A stretch of DNA of 64,000 bases. Source: Christensenellaceae bacterium (GTDB taxonomy: Bacteria; Bacillota; Clostridia; Christensenellales; Borkfalkiaceae). Below the pieces are notes generated by a model. The model ran no database searches, had not been told where the DNA came from, and saw nothing but the letters and a program-made list of their open reading frames with translations. How positions within the stretch are numbered: position 1 is the first letter of the stretch; every line of letters starts with the position of its first letter. Where the stretch lies: positions 10,775 through 74,774 of the forward strand of contig JAZNBU010000018.1 in assembly GCA_045587245.1 (NCBI GenBank), in the 5' to 3' direction. The translations under genes and the position numbers were made by a program. Shown here piece after piece: positions 55,152 to 64,000 of the stretch.

Positions 55152-55953
55152 CCAACTGTTTGACAAATATATCTCGGATTTTGTTTATCAAAACATAGGC
55201 AAAATTAAGCCTGAAGAAATTGAAAACCAAATTCCAAAACTCTATAATGAATTTGGTGACGAAGCGTTAGATGAATTAGATGGCTTAACCCCAAACACTT
55301 ATTATAAAAAATTTGAAATAACCGAGCTTTTGGACTGCCTTAAAACGCATATAACGAGTGGGGTTAGTGTGTCTGACTATTTATGCGAAGCGATAACTGC
55401 AAGCAATGAAAACGAGCAGGCTTTGGTAAACGCTTTGGAAGGTCAAGACGAAGAGTTTACTCTCTACGTTATGAATATGCTTGTTGATATGTCAAGTAAA
55501 AAGTGCAAGGACAGATTTTTAGAGTTTATTTTATGGGATTATTCTTCGCCAATAAAAGAGCTTGCAACAGAGCATCTAAAGACCATTTCAGACACGGTTA
55601 AGGACCAAATTTTGGAGCAGTTTAACGACAGTGATGAGAGCGTTAAAGAGTATTTAAGTGAAATTCTTTCTACCTGCGAAAAGCAAGATAAAATCTTTGA
55701 TATTTTGATAAATCAATTTGTTAAAAACCCAAAGAAAATCCCTATTTACGCAGGCTATTTATCAAAGTATGGCGACCAAAGAGCGCTTCCATTTTTGATG
55801 ACGCAAATCGAAAGGGAAGATATATCTTACGCTGACTTTGAAGAGCTTAGATTTGCAATAGAAGTTTTGGGTGGCGAGTATAACAAAATCAGAGATTTTA
55901 ACAAGGATAAATCTTACAAAAAAATTAAAAATCGCACTCAAGAAAAACATTAA
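55129..55953 (+). CDS. Hypothetical helical-repeat protein, translationally coupled to the TPR gene
   Basis: ATG 55129 (MIKIIDV) follows a GGAGAGAG RBS and overlaps the TPR gene 3' end by 23 nt. Confidence 0.6.
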   Translation: MIKIIDVDQLFDKYISDFVYQNIGKIKPEEIENQIPKLYNEFGDEALDELDGLTPNTYYKKFEITELLDCLKTHITSGVSVSDYLCEAITASNENEQALVNALEGQDEEFTLYVMNMLVDMSSKKCKDRFLEFILWDYSSPIKELATEHLKTISDTVKDQILEQFNDSDESVKEYLSEILSTCEKQDKIFDILINQFVKNPKKIPIYAGYLSKYGDQRALPFLMTQIEREDISYADFEELRFAIEVLGGEYNKIRDFNKDKSYKKIKNRTQEKH

Positions 55954-56055
55954 GAAAAGGGTATAAAAATTTTCTTAACGCCTATAATAATAAGGCTCTA
56001 TAGCACACGAATCACGTTTGTTTTAGGGCAATTAATATAAGGTGGTGAGAAAAAT

Positions 56056-56202
56056 ATGTCAAGAAAAAAGAAGACTAACCGAAAGGTAAAAGACAAAATC
56101 ATTAAACTTACTGACGAGCAGTATGGTGCATATATTATGGCGCTAAAAGACGAGCGCCCACCACTACTCGTAAGGGACACGCAAAAGGACGAAATGCCTT
56201 AA
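56056..56202 (+). CDS. Small basic 48-aa protein (absent from the supplied ORF track)
   Basis: ATG 56056 is preceded by AAGGTGGTGAG. Sequence: MSRKKKTNRKVKDKIIKLTDEQYGAYIMALKDERPPLLVRDTQKDEMP. A strong terminator follows. Confidence 0.45.
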   Translation: MSRKKKTNRKVKDKIIKLTDEQYGAYIMALKDERPPLLVRDTQKDEMP

Positions 56203-56237
56203 TAAAAATCAATAAAAGAGAATTTACAAATCCATAC

Positions 56238-56273
56238 GCACCCAACTAGGTTTGGTTGGGTGCTTTATTTTTT
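56238..56273 (+). terminator. Rho-independent terminator after the small ORF
   Basis: GCACCCAAC / GTTGGGTGC perfect stem followed by TTTATTTTTT. Confidence 0.85.
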
Positions 56274-56363
56274 AAAAACTTTTAGCAAAAAAACATTTTG
56301 TTATTAAAACAACACTTTTTTAGATTTATTTGCTAAGTAAACTCAAAATGTTTGTAAAAATTG

Positions 56364-56392
56364 TTGAAAAGCTGGGTAAATAGTGCTATAAT
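56364..56392 (+). promoter_or_regulatory. Promoter of asnS-plsX-rnc-smc-ftsY
   Basis: TTGAAA 56364-56369, 17 bp spacer, TGcTATAAT extended -10 (56387-56392). Confidence 0.65.
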
Positions 56393-56432
56393 GTATAAGT
56401 ATAATTTTAAATATTAATATAAAGGTGCAACT

Positions 56433-57824
56433 ATGGAAAGAACACAACTTAAAAGTATTTTTACTGCGCACGCAGATTTTGATGGAAAAGTGGTCACAGT
56501 TTGTGGCTGGGCAAGAACTATTAGAGATAGCAAAGCGTTTGGTTTTATTGAACTTAACGACGGTTCTTGTTTTAAAAGTTGTCAAATAGTATTTGACAGG
56601 GAAAAATTAGCAAATTATGATGAAATTGCAAAACAAAACGTCGGCGCTTGCTTAAAAGTTGTTGGCAGATTAATTTTAACGCCAGAAAACAAACAACCAT
56701 TTGAAATCAACGCTGACAGTATTGAGGTTTTAGGAACCTCTTCACCAGACTATCCACTCCAAAAAAAGCGTCATACGTTGGAGTTTTTACGTACAATGCC
56801 ACACCTTCGCCCAAGAACTAATATTTTTAGGGCAGTGTTTAAGATTCGCAGTGAGGCTGCGTTTGCAATCCACAACTTCTTTAATCAAAGGGGCTTTGTT
56901 TACGTGCATACCCCAATAATAACGGGCAGTGACTGTGAAGGTGCAGGCGCAATGTTCCAAGTGACAACTCTTAACCTTGACAACGTGCCAACGGCTGAAG
57001 GAAAGTGCGACTATTCTAAAGATTTCTTTGGCAAAAAGGCTAGTATGACCGTTTCTGGTCAACTTGACGTTGAAAACTTTGCAATGGCATATTCAAATGT
57101 TTATACTTTTGGACCTACGTTTAGAGCAGAACACTCAAATACAGTTCGCCACGCAGCAGAGTTTTGGATGATAGAGCCAGAACTTGCTTTTGCAGACCTT
57201 TCTGACGATATGGACTGCGCTGAAGCTATGGTGAAATATATAATCGATTACGTTATGACATCTTGTTCTGACGAAATCGAGTTTTTGAACAATTTTGTTG
57301 ATACAGGTCTTATCGAAAGGCTTAACAACGTTAGAAGCAACGAGTTTAAGCGTTTAACTTATACCGAAGCAATTGAAATTTTAGAAAAGGTTAAAGATAA
57401 GTTTGATGCACCGGTATATTGGGGTTGTGACCTTCAAAGCGAACACGAAAGATATATCACAGAGCAAGTTTTCAAAAAGCCTGTGTTCTTAACAAACTAT
57501 CCAAAAGAAATAAAGGCTTTCTATATGCGCCTTAATGATGACGGAAAAACCGTTGCAGCAAGCGACCTTTTAGTTCCTGGTATCGGCGAGCTTATCGGTG
57601 GCAGTCAAAGAGAAGAAAGAATGGACGTTTTGACAAAGCGTATGCAAGAATGTTCCTTAAAGCCTGAAGATTATAAGTCATACCTTGACCTTAGAAAGTA
57701 TGGTGGTGTAATTCACTCTGGTTTTGGTCTTGGCTTTGAAAGAATGGTTATGTATCTAACGGGTGTATCAAATATTAGAGACGTGCTTCCTTTCCCAAGA
57801 ACGGTTGGCACGCTAGAAAATTAA
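56433..57824 (+). CDS. asnS: Asparagine--tRNA ligase
   Basis: N-terminal OB fold and class IIb motifs '[21 protein letters not shown]' and 'GFGLGFERM'. Confidence 0.95.
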   Translation: MERTQLKSIFTAHADFDGKVVTVCGWARTIRDSKAFGFIELNDGSCFKSCQIVFDREKLANYDEIAKQNVGACLKVVGRLILTPENKQPFEINADSIEVLGTSSPDYPLQKKRHTLEFLRTMPHLRPRTNIFRAVFKIRSEAAFAIHNFFNQRGFVYVHTPIITGSDCEGAGAMFQVTTLNLDNVPTAEGKCDYSKDFFGKKASMTVSGQLDVENFAMAYSNVYTFGPTFRAEHSNTVRHAAEFWMIEPELAFADLSDDMDCAEAMVKYIIDYVMTSCSDEIEFLNNFVDTGLIERLNNVRSNEFKRLTYTEAIEILEKVKDKFDAPVYWGCDLQSEHERYITEQVFKKPVFLTNYPKEIKAFYMRLNDDGKTVAASDLLVPGIGELIGGSQREERMDVLTKRMQECSLKPEDYKSYLDLRKYGGVIHSGFGLGFERMVMYLTGVSNIRDVLPFPRTVGTLEN

Positions 57825-57837
57825 TAAAAGGATAAAG

Positions 57838-58860
57838 ATGATGGATATTTTAATAGACGCATTTGGTGGGGATAACGCACCTGAAGAAGTTATAGCAGGT
57901 AGTATAGACGCACTAAATGAAAAAGATGGTTTTAAGGCAGTTTTCGTTGGGCAAGAAGAGATTATAAAAAAACTATTGAAAAATTACACTTACGACAAAG
58001 AAAGGGTGGCTATTATCGATGCGCCCGACGTTATCACTTGCGAAGAAGAGCCAACCGTTGCCGTTAGAAGAAAGCCAAACAGTTCAATTTGCGTTGCGTT
58101 TAAAACGCTTAAAGAAGACCCTAACGCAGGCGCATTTGTTTCTGCAGGTTCAACGGGTGCAGTGTTGGTTGGTGCAACCCTTAAACTTGGCAGAATTAAA
58201 GGCGTAAATCGCCCAGCGACAAGCCCAATATTGCCAACGCTTATAGACGGCAAGAACGTTATCTTGCTTGACTCTGGCGCAAATGCAGACTGCAAGAGCA
58301 TAAATTTACTTCAATTTGCAATGATGGGTGCGGCTTATGCCGAAGCAATGGGGGTAAAAGAACCAAAAGTGGCGCTTTTATCAAACGGAACGGAAGATGA
58401 AAAGGGCAATATGCTTATTCACGAAACACTTCCACTCCTTAAACAGCTCAAAGGCGTTAACTTTGTTGGTAATATCGAAGGTAGAGATATTTTAACGGGC
58501 GAATACGACGTAGTTGTGAGTGACGGATTTAGTGGAAACATTGCATTAAAAGCAATAGAAGGCACGGTTAGTATGCTCTTAAAAACAATTAAAAACGGCA
58601 TCAATAGCTCATTAAAAAGTAAAATTGGTGGACTATTACTTAAAGACGTGTTTAAGGACTTAAAGAAAAAGCTTGACTACAACAATCACGGTGGTGCGCT
58701 TTTCTTAGGTGTGAATAAGGCTGTTATTAAAGCACACGGCTCGTCAAAACGCAAAGCGTTTAAGGCAGCAGTTTTGCAAGCAGCCCACTATGCGACCTTT
58801 GACATTTCAAATAAAATAACAGAAAAATTAGAGTTAAATGAAGGGTTAGGAATTAATTAA
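57838..58860 (+). CDS. plsX: Phosphate acyltransferase PlsX
   Basis: 'IDAFGGDNAP' and 'SAGSTGA' motifs, 340 aa. Confidence 0.94.
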   Translation: MMDILIDAFGGDNAPEEVIAGSIDALNEKDGFKAVFVGQEEIIKKLLKNYTYDKERVAIIDAPDVITCEEEPTVAVRRKPNSSICVAFKTLKEDPNAGAFVSAGSTGAVLVGATLKLGRIKGVNRPATSPILPTLIDGKNVILLDSGANADCKSINLLQFAMMGAAYAEAMGVKEPKVALLSNGTEDEKGNMLIHETLPLLKQLKGVNFVGNIEGRDILTGEYDVVVSDGFSGNIALKAIEGTVSMLLKTIKNGINSSLKSKIGGLLLKDVFKDLKKKLDYNNHGGALFLGVNKAVIKAHGSSKRKAFKAAVLQAAHYATFDISNKITEKLELNEGLGIN

Positions 58861-59573
58861 TGCACATTTTTGACATTGATGAGTGTGAAAAGAGAATAGG
58901 CTATTCGTTTAAGGATAAAATGCTTCTTAGAAGGTGTTTTACCCACGCATCTTACGCCTATGAGAACGGTGGTGAAGACAATGAACTATTAGAGTTTTTT
59001 GGAGACGCTATTATTCAGTTCGTCGTCACCGAGCATTTATATAAAAATGCGTTTGGAGATGAAGGAAAACTCACCAAGAAGCGTGCTGAAGTGGTCAGTA
59101 AAGAACCACTACTTAAGGCAGTTGAAAAGCTTAACCTAATAGAATTTGTTCTTCTTGGAAAAGGTCAACAAAAGTCCATGCGCATAACCGATAAACTTTT
59201 TTCAAGCATATATGAAGCTGTGGTTGCAGGTATTTATCTTGACGGTGGACTAACTAGCGCCAAAAAGTTTATAAAAAACACCATTATTGCTGACTTTGAA
59301 GTTTTAAGAGAAAGCAGAAAACAAAAAACTAAAAAAGTTAAAGCAAATGCTAAAAACGAATTTCAAGAATACGTGCAAAAATATAAGCTGGGTTCGATAG
59401 GCTATGAACTTTTATGGAAAAAAGGCCCAGAACATATGCCGGAATTTAGGGTTGTGGCAACTTTAAACGGCACAAAAATTGCAGAAGGGAGTGCAAGCTC
59501 AAAGAAAATGGCAGAAGCAATTGCCGCAGACCTTGCGCTAAGCAAACTAAAAAAACAAGGTGGTAAAAAATAA
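58860..59573 (+). CDS. rnc: Ribonuclease III
   Basis: Signature 'NELLEFFGDA' and a C-terminal dsRBD. The start overlaps the plsX stop by 1 nt. Confidence 0.94.
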   Translation: MHIFDIDECEKRIGYSFKDKMLLRRCFTHASYAYENGGEDNELLEFFGDAIIQFVVTEHLYKNAFGDEGKLTKKRAEVVSKEPLLKAVEKLNLIEFVLLGKGQQKSMRITDKLFSSIYEAVVAGIYLDGGLTSAKKFIKNTIIADFEVLRESRKQKTKKVKANAKNEFQEYVQKYKLGSIGYELLWKKGPEHMPEFRVVATLNGTKIAEGSASSKKMAEAIAADLALSKLKKQGGKK

Positions 59574-62500
59574 GTGAATTTCGAAAAGGTTGAACTTTAC
59601 GGATTTAAGTCGTTTGCAGACAAAGCCGAAATTAAATTCGGTGACGGAATAACTGCAATCGTTGGACCTAACGGATGTGGCAAGAGTAACGTTGCCGATG
59701 CAATTCGTTGGGTGCTTGGCGAGCAGTCTGCTAAAAGCCTTCGTGGCTCTAGTATGTCTGACGTTATCTTCAGTGGAACGCAGGGAAGAAAATCGCTTTC
59801 TTATTGCGAAGTTTCTTTGTACTTTGATAACTCAAGCAAAATGTTTAGCATTGATTATAACGAGGTTATAATCACACGTAAACTATTTAGAAGTGGCGAA
59901 AGTGAATATTACATAAACAAGCAACCTGCAAGACTAAAAGACATAGTTGAACTTTTGCACGAATGTGGCATAGGTAAAGAAGGCTATACCATAATCGGAC
60001 AAGGCAAAGTTGAAGAAATTATGTCTGCAAAGCCAGAAGATAGGCGTCTTATTTTTGAAGAGGCGACGGGCATTGCCAAGTTTAAAACTCGTAAAAACGA
60101 ATCTGAGAGAAAACTTGAAAGAACGCACGAAAACATTGTTAGATATAACGACATCTTGTCTGAAATAGAAAATCAGCTTGCTCCACTTGAAAGGCAAGCC
60201 GAAAAAGCAAAAGAGTTTAACGAGCTTTCAAGCCAGTTAAAGCACCACGAACTCAACACGTATATCGCAAAGGTTGACGGCGTTGCGCAGGCAAAAGAAA
60301 AAATCAACGTAAGAATTAAGGGTATTGATGAACAAACGGCACTTAGAAATGCCGAGCTTATTGATGCGCAAAAACAATACGACAAGATATTTTTAGATAT
60401 AAGCGATGCTGATGAAAGCTTAAGAAAATTAAACGCTGAGCTTTTAGAAAAGCGTGTTAGTATGGAGCACTCGTCTGGTGAAAGGCAAATGTTTGCGCAA
60501 AAAATTTCCTTTTTACAAAGCCAAATCGAAAGGGCAAAAGGCGAAATTTTAACAAACAACGAAATGATTGACGAGTGCAAGAAAACCTTTTCTAATAACA
60601 GTGAAGAGCTGTTAAAAGCAGAAGAAAACCTTACTAATCTTACTGAAAAAGCAGATAAACTTAGCAAGCGTTTGCTCTCTGTTTCTGAAAAAATTGCGCT
60701 TGGCGAACAGCTTGCCGATGCAAACAGAAAAAAGATGATTGAGTCTATCGAAAATCTGTCTAACGTCAAACTCAATGCTGGCACGATGAACTTTGAAAAG
60801 AAGAATTTGACCGATAAACTTAACGAACTTACTGAAAAACTTGACAGCCTTTCGGTTAAAAGAGAGGCTCAGTTTAACGAAAAAGAACGTGCCGACAAAA
60901 CTATCGACGACCTTGATAGGGCCGTTTATGAACTAAAAAATCAAATCGAAGATAAAGAAAATGAAGTTAGGGCTTTTAATGAAGAAGTTGCCAAGGCTGA
61001 CAACTCAATCTACACTTTAAACTCGGTTGTCACAACGCTTTTAGCAAAAGACAATTTCTATAAAGCGTTAAAGGATAACTACGACGGTTATGCCCCAGCC
61101 GTTAAATCGTTGCTTACAAAAGCCAAAACTAATAGTTCGCTTAAAGCAAAGATTAAGGGCGTTGTTGCAGAGATAATTAAAAGCGATAAAAAGTATGATA
61201 TTGCGCTTGAAACGGCGCTTGCAGCCGCTGCGCAAAACGTAGTCACACAGTCAACTGACGATGCAAAATATTTAATCGAATATATGAAACAAAACAAGCT
61301 CGGTAGAATTACCTGCTTGCCTATAAATAGCGTTAAGCCAAGAGAGCAAAGCGTGCAAGTGACGAATGCGCTCGGCGAGAAGGGCGCATTGGGCGTTGCA
61401 AATAAAATTGTTTCATACGAAGCGCAGTTTGAAAACGTAATTTCAAACTTGCTCGGAAATACTTTAGTCGTTGACACGCTCGAAAATGCTAAAAACATAG
61501 CCGACAAATATCGTTTTGCGTTCAAGATGGTCACGCTTGACGGCGACGTGTTCTCAACGCAAGGTGCTATGGCAGGTGGTTCAAGAAGAACTGATGCAGT
61601 AGGCCTACTTTCAAGCGATAGAAAGATAGAAGATAATGCCTTAGAACTTGAGAAAAAGCGTGCTGAAATGAGCGCTATTAAAGAGGCAAAGGCCGAAAAA
61701 GAAAAACTAAGAGATAAAGCACTTGATGAACTTTCAATGCTCAATGACCTATATAACGGCAAGCGCCAACAAGTGGTGATTGAAAGGGAAAAACAAGCCA
61801 TCGTAGAGCACGCACTTAGTGAGGTTGGAAAGGAAATTGAAAGCACGAACGACCTCATTGAAGAAGTTAAGTCAAGAATTTCTGAAATTGACCAAAAATA
61901 CGTTAGCGTTGCAAGTGGTGGAAAAAAACTTGAGCAAGATAGGCTATCGGCAAGCCAAACGGCATCTAAACACGAGCAAGAATATGATGAACTTAAAAAG
62001 CAAAGGGAAAGCATATTATCTGAAAGCACGGCTTCACAAGTTGAAATAACCGAATTAAAGGCAAAAATCGGCAGTTTAAAGGCAGAGAACCAAAGGCTTA
62101 AAAGCGTTATAGAAGACTCTGAAAAGGCAAACGCTGATTTAACGGCTAGCAATGATGGTGCTGAAAAAATTATCGAACAGTTAAGGCTAGACCAAGAAAA
62201 AGTTTCTCTTAGCAAAGCTGAACAAGATTATATTAACGGAATTCGTGACAAGATTGAAAATATCGAAACAGACAAGAGCAATTTAAGAGAAAAGCTCAAC
62301 AAAAACGATGAAAATAAACAAGCGTTGCAAACACAAATCAACGAACTATTAGAGAAAAAGCACAATGAGGAAATTGCGCTTACGAAAATAGACTCAGATT
62401 TAGAGTATATGCAACAAAGCATTTGGGAAGACTATCAAGAAACGTATGAAACGGCAGTTAAAGTGCGTGAAGAAGGCTACGACGCAAACTTTGGCGAAAG

Positions 62501-63170
62501 CGAGATAAATAGGCTTCGCAAAAAGCGTTCTTCTCTTGGCGCTATCAATGCAACTGCTATTGAAGACTGCAAAATCTTAAAGGAAAGATATGCAGAAATG
62601 GTCACTCAAAAAGAAGACTTGGAAAAGGCAGAGGACGACCTAAAACAAGCCATTGATAAGATTAAGGCAGAAATGCTCACTCAATTCGACCAAGGCTTTA
62701 CAACCATAAACGAAAACTTCCAAAGAATCTTTAAAGAACTCTTTGGCGGTGGTAGGGCAATGCTCCAAATGGATTATACAGGCGTTGAAGATAGGCTCGA
62801 AGCAGGCGTTGAAATCGTTGCAGAGCCACCGGGAAAGAAACTCCAAAAGCTTTCGCTTTTATCAGGTGGTGAAAAGGCGCTTACAGCCATTGCAATCTTG
62901 TTCTCAATCTTAAAACTTCGTCCAATGCCATTTTGCGTGCTTGACGAAATTGAAGCGGCGCTTGACGAAGCAAACGTTGATAGATTTGCAAGATACTTAA
63001 AGAAGTTTAGCGATGAAACACAGTTTATCGTTATCACCCACAGAAAGCCAACGATGGAACTTGCCGATGCACTTTTCGGCGTTACAATGCAAGAAAAAGG
63101 CGTTTCTAAAATGGTTTCTGTTAAACTTTCAGACGTGGCTGATATCACTGGCGACCAAACTTTGGCTTAA
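59574..63170 (+). CDS. smc: Chromosome segregation protein SMC
   Basis: GTG start. Walker A 'GPNGCGKSN', long coiled coils, a hinge, the signature 'LSGGEKALTA' and Walker B 'FCVLDEIEAALD'. Confidence 0.96.
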   Translation: MNFEKVELYGFKSFADKAEIKFGDGITAIVGPNGCGKSNVADAIRWVLGEQSAKSLRGSSMSDVIFSGTQGRKSLSYCEVSLYFDNSSKMFSIDYNEVIITRKLFRSGESEYYINKQPARLKDIVELLHECGIGKEGYTIIGQGKVEEIMSAKPEDRRLIFEEATGIAKFKTRKNESERKLERTHENIVRYNDILSEIENQLAPLERQAEKAKEFNELSSQLKHHELNTYIAKVDGVAQAKEKINVRIKGIDEQTALRNAELIDAQKQYDKIFLDISDADESLRKLNAELLEKRVSMEHSSGERQMFAQKISFLQSQIERAKGEILTNNEMIDECKKTFSNNSEELLKAEENLTNLTEKADKLSKRLLSVSEKIALGEQLADANRKKMIESIENLSNVKLNAGTMNFEKKNLTDKLNELTEKLDSLSVKREAQFNEKERADKTIDDLDRAVYELKNQIEDKENEVRAFNEEVAKADNSIYTLNSVVTTLLAKDNFYKALKDNYDGYAPAVKSLLTKAKTNSSLKAKIKGVVAEIIKSDKKYDIALETALAAAAQNVVTQSTDDAKYLIEYMKQNKLGRITCLPINSVKPREQSVQVTNALGEKGALGVANKIVSYEAQFENVISNLLGNTLVVDTLENAKNIADKYRFAFKMVTLDGDVFSTQGAMAGGSRRTDAVGLLSSDRKIEDNALELEKKRAEMSAIKEAKAEKEKLRDKALDELSMLNDLYNGKRQQVVIEREKQAIVEHALSEVGKEIESTNDLIEEVKSRISEIDQKYVSVASGGKKLEQDRLSASQTASKHEQEYDELKKQRESILSESTASQVEITELKAKIGSLKAENQRLKSVIEDSEKANADLTASNDGAEKIIEQLRLDQEKVSLSKAEQDYINGIRDKIENIETDKSNLREKLNKNDENKQALQTQINELLEKKHNEEIALTKIDSDLEYMQQSIWEDYQETYETAVKVREEGYDANFGESEINRLRKKRSSLGAINATAIEDCKILKERYAEMVTQKEDLEKAEDDLKQAIDKIKAEMLTQFDQGFTTINENFQRIFKELFGGGRAMLQMDYTGVEDRLEAGVEIVAEPPGKKLQKLSLLSGGEKALTAIAILFSILKLRPMPFCVLDEIEAALDEANVDRFARYLKKFSDETQFIVITHRKPTMELADALFGVTMQEKGVSKMVSVKLSDVADITGDQTLA

Positions 63171-63181
63171 AAGGAATTGAT

Positions 63182-64000
63182 ATGGGATTATTTAGTAAGT
63201 TAAAATCAGTTTTATCAAAAACTCGTGAAGGAATATCCAAAAAATTAACCGAATTGTTTGCAAAAAACAAGCTTGGCGATGAGTTTTATGATGAACTTGA
63301 AGACATTTTAATTTCAGCAGACGTTTCTGTTAAAACGACGATGGAAATAGTCGAAGAGATTAAAGATACAGCAATCAAAGAAAAGTGTAAAGACAAAAAC
63401 TACGTTATTGAGCTACTTAAAAAAGAACTTTTTGATAGCCTAGACTATGCCGAAAAAATAGAGTTTAAGTCACCTGCAATCATAATGGTTGTCGGTGTAA
63501 ACGGCGTTGGAAAAACAACGACTATCGGAAAACTTGCAAACAAGTTCGTAAAAGAAAAAAAGAGCGTGACCATTGCCGCTGGAGATACATTTAGGGCAGC
63601 AGCATCTGACCAGCTCTCTGTTTGGGCAGATAGGGCAAAGGTAAGAATAGTTAAGCACGACGAAGGCTCTGATGCTTCAGCCGTGGTGTTTGATGCAATT
63701 AGTTCAGTAAAGGCTAAAAATACAGACGTTTTGATTATCGACACGGCAGGAAGGCTTCACGTTAAGGCAAACCTTATGGAAGAGCTCAAGAAAATGGATA
63801 GAGTTGTAAAAAGAGAATATCCAAATGCTAATTATTATAAGCTCATTGCGCTTGATGCTACCACTGGTCAAAACGCATATAACCAAGTTGAAGTGTTTAA
63901 CGAGGCAATCGGCATAGACGGAATTATCTTAACCAAGCTTGACGGCACTGCAAAAGGTGGATTTATAATCTCACTTTCTTATGAACTTGAAGTTCCCGTT
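63182..64000 (+). CDS. ftsY: Signal recognition particle receptor FtsY (5' partial, runs off the window)
   Basis: My own translation gives MGLFSKLKSVLSK ... VGVNGVGKTTTIGK ... DTAGRL ... TKLDGTAKGG. The frame is open to 64000, so it is missing from the ORF track. Confidence 0.93.
   Translation, partial: MGLFSKLKSVLSKTREGISKKLTELFAKNKLGDEFYDELEDILISADVSVKTTMEIVEEIKDTAIKEKCKDKNYVIELLKKELFDSLDYAEKIEFKSPAIIMVVGVNGVGKTTTIGKLANKFVKEKKSVTIAAGDTFRAAASDQLSVWADRAKVRIVKHDEGSDASAVVFDAISSVKAKNTDVLIIDTAGRLHVKANLMEELKKMDRVVKREYPNANYYKLIALDATTGQNAYNQVEVFNEAIGIDGIILTKLDGTAKGGFIISLSYELEVPV

Noticed and set aside
60173-62215. Long minus-strand ORFs (203 and 375 aa) inside smc
   Set aside because: They are Ser/Leu/Phe-rich shadow frames opposite the GAA/AAG-rich coiled-coil region of SMC. 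They have no RBS and no motifs.
1-64000. Search for tRNA, rRNA, CRISPR arrays, transposases, integrases and phage or defence islands
   Set aside because: None were recognised. No T-psi-C-like GGTTCGAATCC motifs occur in intergenic DNA, no spaced direct-repeat arrays are present, and every long ORF is accounted for by the calls above.

Overview
This is an AT-rich, gene-dense chromosomal segment of about 64 protein genes. It looks like a low-GC Gram-positive (Bacillota, Clostridia-like) bacterium using the standard code, since TGA serves as a stop. The taxonomic placement is inference from gene content and order only.

Layout:
- 0.3-27.3 kb: one uninterrupted plus-strand housekeeping block. It runs ylxM-ffh-rpsP-KH-rimM-trmD-rbgA-rnhB-yraN, then rplS (with its own promoter), comM-dprA-topA-trmFO-hslV-hslU-hisS, trxA, and glyA-asnA-tcdA-yfcE. 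It ends with a complete argG-argH-argC-argJ-argB-argD-argF cluster, preceded by a phased operator-like repeat array.
- 27.4-41.2 kb: the least conserved part. It holds an MFS transporter, rpsU, an unknown 133-aa protein, a nitroreductase and a solitary mazF toxin with no visible antitoxin gene. It also holds an operon of an internally duplicated DUF1538-like membrane protein plus two PII-like signal proteins, a cytoplasmic 674-aa glycosidase-like protein, a DagK-type lipid kinase and a CCA enzyme. The last gene is a 1194-aa membrane-anchored protein built from more than 10 tandem 50-71-aa repeats, some nearly identical at the DNA level.
- 41.4-64 kb: housekeeping again. It contains rpsF-ssb-rpsR, spoVG, murC, a Dabb protein, an LDH/MDH-family dehydrogenase and a PlsC-like acyltransferase. 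Next come asd-dapA-dapB-ylmE-sepF on the minus strand, a membrane protein, hslO, a TPR protein and its partner, and a small unlisted ORF. The window ends with asnS-plsX-rnc-smc and the 5' part of ftsY.

I saw no rRNA, tRNA, CRISPR array, transposase, integrase or phage gene.

The best candidates for undescribed biology are the DUF1538-like/PII-like operon, the antitoxin-less mazF next to it, and the giant repeat protein. All family assignments come from reading motifs by eye; no database search was run.
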